Assembly (NCBI GenBank): GCA_934102355.1
Contig: CAKOSO010000001.1
Span: 96,863 to 160,862, forward strand
Source: an uncultured Bacilli bacterium
GTDB lineage: Bacteria > Bacillota_I > Bacilli_A > RF39 > UBA660
Direction: 5' to 3'
DNA length: 64,000 bases
In this document: piece after piece, positions 42,580 through 49,736 of the stretch
How positions within the stretch are numbered: position 1 is the stretch's first letter
Layout: each line of letters opens with the position of its first letter
Notes under the pieces: generated by a model
Seen by the model: the letters and a program-made list of their open reading frames with translations, nothing else
Told to the model about the DNA's origin: nothing
Databases searched by the model: none
Program-made: the position numbers and the translations under genes

Positions 42580-43274
42580 TATATTTTATCAAAATTATTT
42601 TCTTGAGTTATAATTAATTCATTATTTTTAGCCATTTCTAAAATAGATAAAAATGTTACAACCACATATGGTTTAGAAAAATTATCAAACAAATCAAAAA
42701 ACTCTAATCTTTCTTTTGTTTTAAATAAACTTCTTATTTCACTTATTCTATCATCAACTGAAAATTCTTTAGTAGTTATTTTAGTTAATAACGGTTCTAA
42801 ACTTTGTTTTCTTTCCAAAAACTTTTGAAAAGCTTCTAAAAGATTCTCTAAAGTTACGCCATCACCTATCATTGTTTTAGAATCAGAATACTCCTTTAAA
42901 CTTGATGGAGCCTTTGTAAATATATCTTTTCGCTTTTCTTCCAAATATTGAAATTTACTACTAATTTCCTTATATTGTTTAAATTCAATTAATCTATTAA
43001 TTAAATCTTCTTTTGCCTCTTCATACTCTTCTTTTTCTTCATCCTTAATTGGTAAAAGTGATTTAGATTTCAAATATGCTAATTCTGATGCCATTACTAA
43101 ATATTCAGAAGCAATATCTAAATTCATATCCTTCATATCATTTATAAATTTTAAATATTGATCTGTTAACTTTACTATTTCAATATTTGTTATTTCCATT
43201 TCTGATTCTTTTATTAAATGTAAAAGTAAATCTAATGGACCTTCAAAATCATTTATTTTAAATTTGTACTCCAT
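42561..43274 (-). CDS. scpA: segregation and condensation protein A
   Basis: 237 aa with the kleisin-like FEGPLDLLLHLI motif. Confidence 0.85.
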   Translation of the reverse strand: MEYKFKINDFEGPLDLLLHLIKESEMEITNIEIVKLTDQYLKFINDMKDMNLDIASEYLVMASELAYLKSKSLLPIKDEEKEEYEEAKEDLINRLIEFKQYKEISSKFQYLEEKRKDIFTKAPSSLKEYSDSKTMIGDGVTLENLLEAFQKFLERKQSLEPLLTKITTKEFSVDDRISEIRSLFKTKERLEFFDLFDNFSKPYVVVTFLSILEMAKNNELIITQENNFDKIYCEVRQ

Positions 43275-43345
43275 ATTCTTATCACCTAAAACAATTATAT
43301 TATATCATGAAAAAACTAGATTGCAAAAGAAAACTAGCAGTAACG

Positions 43346-43783
43346 CTAGTCTTCTTTAATATATCTTTCTTTTAATTTCATCATATTTTCTGAAATATTT
43401 GTTTCTATTTCACTTAATGATTTTTTACTCAAATTAGTTATTATCACTTTTTCTTTTACAGTATCTATTATTACTTTTCCAAACACCATATTAGCTATCA
43501 CTGTTAAATCATTAAACATATCCGGTGTTATTGACCATAAAAAGTAACCAAAGAATAATCTTTTCATACCAACAAGAATTCTTTTATTAGTTATTGCAAC
43601 AACACAACTCGTAAAAATATTATACGATTCATCATTTTTCTGTCCTGCAAAAGCATAAAGAACTTCTTCTTGTGGATTTAAATGCTTATCTATTATTCTA
43701 GCATGACTTTTTACTCTCCAAGCTACTGTACCTGGATATTTTCTTTTATATTCTGTTGCTAACGAAACAGTATCTTTACTCAT
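43346..43783 (-). CDS. bacterial PH-domain (bPH_2/DUF304-like) protein
   Basis: 145 aa. Hydrophobic hairpin plus PH-like beta region. Weak assignment. Confidence 0.35.
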   Translation of the reverse strand: MSKDTVSLATEYKRKYPGTVAWRVKSHARIIDKHLNPQEEVLYAFAGQKNDESYNIFTSCVVAITNKRILVGMKRLFFGYFLWSITPDMFNDLTVIANMVFGKVIIDTVKEKVIITNLSKKSLSEIETNISENMMKLKERYIKED

Positions 43784-43784
43784 T

Positions 43785-44504
43785 TTATTTTTCCTTTGTT
43801 TCGTCTATAAATAATTTAAGATATACATCATTTAATTTAGAAACAATTGTATCTTTATCTACATAACCACTAATCATTTCAACTCTTTGTCCATTATAGT
43901 AAATCATTGTAGTTGGTGTCCCCCATTGTTCAGTTGCAAAATATGTATCAGATTTTAATAAATTTTCATAATCCTCTTCTTCAAGTGTTGATAAATCTAA
44001 ATAATACATATTAATTTTATATTCTTCATAGAACTTTGCAATTTCTTCTTTGAACATTTTACAATATCCACAGCTTTCACTTCCTACAAACATAAAATGA
44101 AGACCATCTTTTTTGATAATATCTAAATATTCACTCATAGTAACTGTTTGTAATGAACCTTTTTCTTCTCCATCTTTTAATTTAAATGAATCAAAAGTAT
44201 AAGTAGACACTAACTCATTATTTTTCCAATATTCAATTACTTCTGATGTCTCATCCTCTAAATCTTTTGTATTTAATTCTTTCATTCTCAAATCATTAAC
44301 ATTAGAAAATTGTTTTAATGACTCTGCTGTTGAACTTGAAGTTCCCTTATACACTAATAATTCATCTTTTTTCATAGTATTATAATCTTCATAAGAAATT
44401 TCTTTAAAATATTTATTTGCTTGTTTACTTGATATAACAGACACTAATACTATAAATATTACTACTAATGCAATTGTTCCTATCATACTTAATATTTTTT
44501 TCAT
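43785..44504 (-). CDS. membrane-anchored thioredoxin-like protein (CxxC)
   Basis: N-terminal TM helix. SESCGYCKMF thioredoxin-like active-site motif. Confidence 0.5.
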   Translation of the reverse strand: MKKILSMIGTIALVVIFIVLVSVISSKQANKYFKEISYEDYNTMKKDELLVYKGTSSSTAESLKQFSNVNDLRMKELNTKDLEDETSEVIEYWKNNELVSTYTFDSFKLKDGEEKGSLQTVTMSEYLDIIKKDGLHFMFVGSESCGYCKMFKEEIAKFYEEYKINMYYLDLSTLEEEDYENLLKSDTYFATEQWGTPTTMIYYNGQRVEMISGYVDKDTIVSKLNDVYLKLFIDETKEK

Positions 44505-44609
44505 ATTTACCTCTCCTATCTACATATATCATTTTATCATTTAATAAAACTTAAGTAAACAAAAAATAAACCAAGATAATTAATATATCTTAGTTTATTT
44601 TTGAATATT

Positions 44610-44774
44610 CTATTCATCTTTTAATTTGTAATTAGAACAAATCGTTTCTTCTTTTTCAGTAACACATCCACATTGTTTTGCTATTTCTACTTCTCTTAAT
44701 TTACAACAATCAGAATCACAATCGCAATGTTCACAGCTGTGTACTGTACAATTTATCTTTTGATCTTTTTTCAA
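44610..44774 (-). CDS. small Cys-rich protein, DUF1540-like (54 aa, TTG start); not in ORF track
   Basis: Hand translation LKKDQKINCTVHSCEHCDCDSDCCKLREVEIAKQCGCVTEKEETICSNYKLKDE, preceded by AAAGGGTGA. The CxxxxCxxC...CC...CxC pattern resembles DUF1540. Confidence 0.3.
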   Translation of the reverse strand: MKKDQKINCTVHSCEHCDCDSDCCKLREVEIAKQCGCVTEKEETICSNYKLKDE

Positions 44775-44806
44775 TATAATCACCCTTTTATATTGTTTAC
44801 ATATTT

Positions 44807-45478
44807 TTATTTTTTATACTCAAGTCTTATTGATTTTGCTAAAGAAACAATAAAAGATAGCGAAGGTGTCCCACTTCTATATATTGTAGTTGATTTTCCA
44901 CCATTTATAATTGGTTCTAATTTTAAATTTTTTCCCTTTATAAGACAAGCTATTCCAGGTATACCTTTAAAAAGTAATGAATCAAAACATACTAAATCAA
45001 TACCATTTAAATCTTTAAAATAATTATCTTCTGTTAAAATTAAAAAATATACACACCCATATGATCTACATAATTTCATTAAATAATCATCATACTTATT
45101 AGTACATACTATTAAAGTATTATCATCAACTAATTTATTTACATCACTTTCTATATTACTAGTTTCTCTTATTTCTAAATTTTTATTAAATTTTTTAGAA
45201 ATTTCATCTAATGAAGAATTAATATTTTTTTCTATTACTATATTTTTATTTTTTAAATTATGATTTTCTAAATATCCTAAAACACCTAAAGTTATTGATT
45301 CAGATAAATCACTAGTATAAATTATCTCTTTATCATTTAAAGATAAAATATCAAGAATTTGTTTAGAAGCTGCAGTTTCTAATTTTTTAGAAAGTGTACC
45401 TAGACCATGCAACGAATTAACATTTCCAATATATTTTAATGATGTATTTTTAAATGTTTCTAAAACTTCTTTTCTCAT
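44807..45478 (-). CDS. truncated cysteine desulfurase-like paralog (PLP domain only, lacks catalytic Cys loop)
   Basis: Aligns to IscS residues ~25-265. It has GNVNSLH, IYTSD, a degenerate SxxK region (DSLLFKGIPG) and GGKSTTIYRSGT. The C-terminal SSGSAC domain is absent. Overlaps the upstream gene stop by 4 nt. Confidence 0.5.
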   Translation of the reverse strand: MRKEVLETFKNTSLKYIGNVNSLHGLGTLSKKLETAASKQILDILSLNDKEIIYTSDLSESITLGVLGYLENHNLKNKNIVIEKNINSSLDEISKKFNKNLEIRETSNIESDVNKLVDDNTLIVCTNKYDDYLMKLCRSYGCVYFLILTEDNYFKDLNGIDLVCFDSLLFKGIPGIACLIKGKNLKLEPIINGGKSTTIYRSGTPSLSFIVSLAKSIRLEYKK

Positions 45479-46545
45479 TTTTTATCACCTTTTAAATTTA
45501 ATTTATTATAACATTCCATTATTTTAGATGTAACATAATGAATCTCATCACTATTATTATATATTGAAAGACTTATCCTCAAACTTGTTTTAGCTAATTC
45601 AAGATTATTAGTTAATGATAAAACAGATAAAGAATAATCATTATTTGTAGAACAAGCACTCTTTGTAGATACATATATTTCATATTGTTCTAATGCATGC
45701 AAAAAAGTTTCTGGTTTTATACTATTTACACTAAAATTAACTATATATGGTATACAACTACTATTTGAATTAATTGTAATTCCACCAAAATCTTTTAAAT
45801 CATTTATAAACTCTTCTTTTAATTTTTCAACATAAATATAATTTTCTTTTATTTTTTTTATTGCATCAGAAACTGTATAATTAAATGATTTAATAAGTCT
45901 TAAATTATATGTTCTTTCACCAAAAATTATTTTATCTAACTCTATATTTTTATTTTTTAATAACACACCTATTCCCTTTAAACCAAATATTTTATGAGAA
46001 TTAAAAGTTACTAAATCTATATTATTTAAATCAATATTAACCTTACCTATACTTTGTGTCATATCACAATGAAAAATAACACTTTCATATTCTTTTAATA
46101 ATTCTTTTATCTTATCAATCGGTTGTAATAAACCAGTCTCACTATTAACTGAACAAATGCTTACTAAAACAGTATCACGAGTTATTAAATCTTTTAATGA
46201 TTCAATATCTACTATACCATTATTTAATTTAACATAGTCAATTATAAAACCAAATTTTTTCATATATAGTAATGTTTCATTAACAGATGAATGTTCCAAA
46301 GTTGTAGTTATAATATGTTTATTTTGATTCTTATATTTATTTAATACTCCTTTAATAGCAAGATTATTTGATTCAGTTGAGCCACTTGTATATATAACAT
46401 CTAAATTAGTATTTAAAACTTTCTTTAAATTTTCTTTTTCTAAACTTAATGTATCATTATCACAAATCTTATCTGCATCTCTTAAAAATATATTCATTGA
46501 TTCATCACTTGGTTTAGTTGTTGCAGAAAAATCAAAGTAATACAT
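45475..46545 (-). CDS. cysteine desulfurase (NifS/IscS family), divergent
   Basis: FDFSATT N-terminus, TSGSTESNNLAIKG, PLP-Lys region NSHKIFGLKGIG and catalytic-loop STKSACS. Start set at MYYFDFS with RBS GAAGGTGA. Confidence 0.75.
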   Translation of the reverse strand: MYYFDFSATTKPSDESMNIFLRDADKICDNDTLSLEKENLKKVLNTNLDVIYTSGSTESNNLAIKGVLNKYKNQNKHIITTTLEHSSVNETLLYMKKFGFIIDYVKLNNGIVDIESLKDLITRDTVLVSICSVNSETGLLQPIDKIKELLKEYESVIFHCDMTQSIGKVNIDLNNIDLVTFNSHKIFGLKGIGVLLKNKNIELDKIIFGERTYNLRLIKSFNYTVSDAIKKIKENYIYVEKLKEEFINDLKDFGGITINSNSSCIPYIVNFSVNSIKPETFLHALEQYEIYVSTKSACSTNNDYSLSVLSLTNNLELAKTSLRISLSIYNNSDEIHYVTSKIMECYNKLNLKGDKK

Positions 46546-46606
46546 AATTTCACCTTCTTTTGCATACAATAGTAACATAAAATTTTAAAAAAATAAATAA
46601 AAAGTG

Positions 46607-46642
46607 TTGACAACAACTACTATTTAATATAGAATTATAAAT
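46607..46642 (+). promoter_or_regulatory. putative sigma-A promoter for tRNA-Gly (-35 TTGACA, 17 nt, -10 TAGAAT)
   Basis: TTGACA at 46607-46612 and TAGAAT 17 nt later, about 25 nt before the tRNA 5' end. Confidence 0.35.
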
Positions 46643-46665
46643 GCCTACTATTTAGTAGTAGTTAT

Positions 46666-46739
46666 GCAGATGTAGTTTAATGGTAGAACCTCAGCCTTCC
46701 AAGCTGACTACGTGGGTTCGATTCCCATCATCTGCTCCA
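46666..46739 (+). tRNA. tRNA-Gly (anticodon UCC)
   Basis: GCAGATGTAGTTTAATGGTAGAACCTCAGCCTTCCAAGCTGACTACGTGGGTTCGATTCCCATCATCTGCTCCA. Anticodon loop CTTCCAA. CCA is encoded. Confidence 0.9.
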
Positions 46740-46750
46740 TTTGAAGACAA

Positions 46751-46781
46751 CTTACGGACTAAAGTTCGTAAGTTTTTATTT
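46751..46781 (+). terminator. rho-independent terminator after tRNA-Gly
   Basis: CTTACGGACTAAAGTTCGTAAG hairpin followed by TTTTTATTTT. Confidence 0.55.
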
Positions 46782-46837
46782 TATAAAAATATAATGTAGA
46801 AATAGTTAGTTTTTTTGTTATGTAAAGGAGCCTTTTT

Positions 46838-46957
46838 ATGTTAAATATAGAAACAAAAGAATTAAAAATAAATGATAAATTAAAAAGAAAAATTGAGATG
46901 ATTGGAAGATTTACTAATACTACTACAATTATAAATAATGGTTGTGTTAAAATATAA
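46838..46957 (+). CDS. small hypothetical ORF (39 aa) with strong RBS; not in ORF track
   Basis: AAAGGAG is 8 nt before the ATG. Product MLNIETKELKINDKLKRKIEMIGRFTNTTTIINNGCVKI. Confidence 0.3.
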   Translation: MLNIETKELKINDKLKRKIEMIGRFTNTTTIINNGCVKI

Positions 46958-46980
46958 CAGGTACAAATGTTGCTTATGTT

Positions 46981-47211
46981 ATGCCACATATCATTGTTAT
47001 TAAGAATAATAAATACCTAATGTTTGATGAATGTAATGATACTTATGTAAATACTTTTAAAATCAAAATATCATTTAAAGATTTAGAAGGTAAAAGCCAC
47101 AAAAAAATTACAAACATCTACAATAAAGAAAATATTTTAGGTAAAACTTGGAGAGATTTAATAAGAATAATACCTATAAAAGATAATGATAAATTTAAAG
47201 TAACAAATTAG
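46981..47211 (+). CDS. hypothetical protein (76 aa)
   Basis: ORF-track ORF on the plus strand downstream of tRNA-Gly. It has no obvious RBS and no recognisable motif. Confidence 0.25.
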   Translation: MPHIIVIKNNKYLMFDECNDTYVNTFKIKISFKDLEGKSHKKITNIYNKENILGKTWRDLIRIIPIKDNDKFKVTN

Positions 47212-47293
47212 AACTCGGAATAATCACTATTAATTTATCAAATATAACAAGTCTTTAGCAAAAAGATAACCATTATCAATCATTAATCATCAC

Positions 47294-48064
47294 CTAAATC
47301 TTTCCTATAAACATTTCTGTATGAAAATCAAAACGAACGATGTCATCTTTTTTATATTTATTAAAAATAGTTATAATACCATTTATAAACTCATCATAAT
47401 ACTCACTATCTTCTTTTGGAGCATACGATAATGATTTAGATAACCCTATTAGCATATCTATAGTATAATCCTTAGAATGGATAAATGTATAAGTCTTATA
47501 TTCACTATTCTTAAAAAAATTTTTACGATCATCAACATTTTTATGTTGATATGTTTTACCAGTAAGTTTAGTATTCCAAGAGCTTATATATTTGAAGTAT
47601 TCCTTACTAAATTCATTATTTTCATCTTCCCAGTCATTCCAAACTATTGCAAAATATCCATTAGATTTTAATATTTTATTTACTTCTTGTTTTAATTTTT
47701 GTTTATCAAACCAATGAAAGCTTTGAACTGCAAATACTATATCAACTGAATTTTCAGGCAATTCTGTTGATTCTGCACTTTTATTAATATAAACAATATT
47801 ATCACAATCATTGCAATATTCTTTTCCTTTGTTAATCATATCAATATTTGGTTCAACATAATAAATTTGTTTACAATACGAACTTGCTATTTTAGAAAAC
47901 TTTCCAGTTCCTGCTCCTAACTCAACTATAATTTTATTTTTAATATTGTATTCTTTTGATAAAAAATCAAAAAGTTCAATTGGATATGTAGGTCTATATT
48001 TTGAATAGTCTTCTTGTTTTCCAAAATAAAATTTTTTACTATCTTTTTCCACATTATATTTCAT
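47294..48064 (-). CDS. class I SAM-dependent methyltransferase
   Basis: SAM-binding motif VELGAGTGKFS and a Methyltransf_11-like core. Confidence 0.7.
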   Translation of the reverse strand: MKYNVEKDSKKFYFGKQEDYSKYRPTYPIELFDFLSKEYNIKNKIIVELGAGTGKFSKIASSYCKQIYYVEPNIDMINKGKEYCNDCDNIVYINKSAESTELPENSVDIVFAVQSFHWFDKQKLKQEVNKILKSNGYFAIVWNDWEDENNEFSKEYFKYISSWNTKLTGKTYQHKNVDDRKNFFKNSEYKTYTFIHSKDYTIDMLIGLSKSLSYAPKEDSEYYDEFINGIITIFNKYKKDDIVRFDFHTEMFIGKI

Positions 48065-48118
48065 ATAATCACCTTTACAAAATTATACTATAAAATAACA
48101 AAATTCTCCATACTCCCA

Positions 48119-48268
48119 TTGAAATTTAATAAGAATTTATATATAATATTTTTAGAAAGAGAGCGTTATGATTCGTAAGTTGTAGCTTAACCGCTCCAAA
48201 TTGATAGGAAACTCGGAAATTAACTTCTGAGAATAATAAGTGCTAACTAGAAATAGTTAGTTTTTTTT
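48119..48268 (+). ncRNA. small-RNA-like element E1: sigma-A promoter (TTGAAA-17-TATAAT) + ~110-nt conserved RNA + intrinsic terminator
   Basis: -35 at 48119-48124, -10 at 48142-48147. Transcript begins AGAAAGAGAGCG and contains GTAAGTTGTAGCTTAACCGCTCCA. Terminator GCTAACTAGAAATAGTTAG + T8 at 48242-48268. A paralogous copy lies at 49131-49248. Confidence 0.4.
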
Positions 48269-48334
48269 AATATAAATTTTATTATATAAAAAGATTAGTT
48301 GTATTTCAAACTAATTCAATCAACAAATTGTAAT

Positions 48335-48838
48335 TTATCTTTTAACTTTTTTAATAAATAGGAAGTAAACGATTATAGGTATTATTATTAAATCTGGTAT
48401 AGTAAATGTTCTAACTAGTATATAATTTCCAATAATTGTTACTAAAATAAGTCCTATTGATATAAATTTGGCAAATAATCCTTCTTCTTTTGTTTTCCAA
48501 GTAAAATAAGCAAATAAAGGCGATAAACAAGAAAATATTGTCCAACCTTTGATAAAATTCCAGCTATATACTGCATTTGTTAATTCTGCTGTTACATAGT
48601 ATGAAATTAGCATTCCTATACAAAATGGAAATATATTTATCATTGCTTTTTTCCTTGTATCACTATATATCGAAATCAATATTCCTAATAGTACCCATAT
48701 TGGTAAATCTGAAAACATATATCCAAGTGTCATCATAAATAAATTGCCAACAAAAAGTATATCCAATAATTTGCTTATTATTCCTAAAATAGCACCTATA
48801 AAAAATAATGAAATAGGATTTAATATATATTTCTTCAT
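48335..48838 (-). CDS. hypothetical polytopic membrane protein (167 aa)
   Basis: 5 predicted TM helices. No assignable family. Confidence 0.5.
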   Translation of the reverse strand: MKKYILNPISLFFIGAILGIISKLLDILFVGNLFMMTLGYMFSDLPIWVLLGILISIYSDTRKKAMINIFPFCIGMLISYYVTAELTNAVYSWNFIKGWTIFSCLSPLFAYFTWKTKEEGLFAKFISIGLILVTIIGNYILVRTFTIPDLIIIPIIVYFLFIKKVKR

Positions 48839-48860
48839 AAATTATCTCACTTTCAAATTA

Positions 48861-49028
48861 CTATTTTTCTTTCTTATCAAACGAAATTAAACAAGCAATA
48901 ATAGAAAATAAAGTTCCAAATAAAATCATGGCAAATCTTCCTATACCATCAATTTCAGTAATAATTCCATAATCTAAAATTCCTATTCCTAAAATCATTA
49001 AAACAATTTTAAATATATTCTTTTTCAT
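48861..49028 (-). CDS. small membrane protein (55 aa, 2 TM); not in ORF track
   Basis: RBS AAAGGAGGACATT before the ATG. Product MKKNIFKIVLMILGIGILDYGIITEIDGIGRFAMILFGTLFSIIACLISFDKKEK. Confidence 0.45.
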   Translation of the reverse strand: MKKNIFKIVLMILGIGILDYGIITEIDGIGRFAMILFGTLFSIIACLISFDKKEK

Positions 49029-49130
49029 AATGTCCTCCTTTAACTATTTGTCTTTCAGTTCTATGTATAATTATAACATGAAAATAGATTTTAATTATTA
49101 AAATATTATTAAAAAGTTAATTATTAAAAT

Positions 49131-49248
49131 TTGTCATTTAAGAAAAAATGATGTATAATCATATATAGAAAGAGAGCGAGTTTGTAAGATGTATTTAAAC
49201 TGCTCCATTGAGAGAATTACTCACACCTTGTGTGAGTTTTATTTTTAT
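49131..49248 (+). ncRNA. small-RNA-like element E2 (paralog of E1): promoter TTGTCA-17-TATAAT + conserved RNA + terminator
   Basis: -35 at 49131-49136, -10 at 49154-49159. Transcript AGAAAGAGAGCGAGTTTGTAAGATGTATTTAAACTGCTCCATTGAGAGAA. Terminator ACTCACACCTTGTGTGAGT + T-run at 49219-49248. Confidence 0.4.
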
Positions 49249-49736
49249 AGAATATCCTATATCACTTGTTGATATGGGCTTTTTTCATTACTAAAGAATT
49301 TGATAAATCAACTAATATAACTTTAGAAAAATCTAAACGAATCAAAGAGAAATTGTTAATAATTTTAAACCTACAAAACTTACTAAAAATAATTATATAA
49401 TTAGTTACGATGATATAAATACCATTAATGAATATATAAAAAATGTTGATAGTAATGTTAGTAAAATTATTGAAAAGCCTAAAAAATACTTAGAAAAAAT
49501 CATTAGACTTTCTTATTAAAAACTATATAGCAAGAATAAAAAAGATTCAATTTATGGAGATGTAATAATTGAGATGTCAGATAACGGATTTTTTAGTAAT
49601 GAAGATAAAAACTATATTGAAACTACTATTAATAAAATTAAAAATGAATCAAATTTTGATTATTATATTAATGACTATGAAACAAAAAAATAATGATGAT
49701 TACGAATCATAACAATTCACAATTATCATCATTTTA

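Noticed and set aside
46759-46989. 76-aa minus-strand ORF downstream of tRNA-Gly
   Set aside because: Hydrophobic low-complexity product, no RBS, and it overlaps a plus-strand small ORF that has a strong RBS. Likely spurious.
48119-49248. Assignment of E1/E2 to a known riboswitch class (glycine, SAM, preQ1, fluoride, ZTP, yybP-ykoY, c-di-GMP, guanidine)
   Set aside because: None of the class-defining consensus motifs I can recall are present, so they are left as unclassified sRNA-like or tRNA-derived elements pending an Rfam scan.
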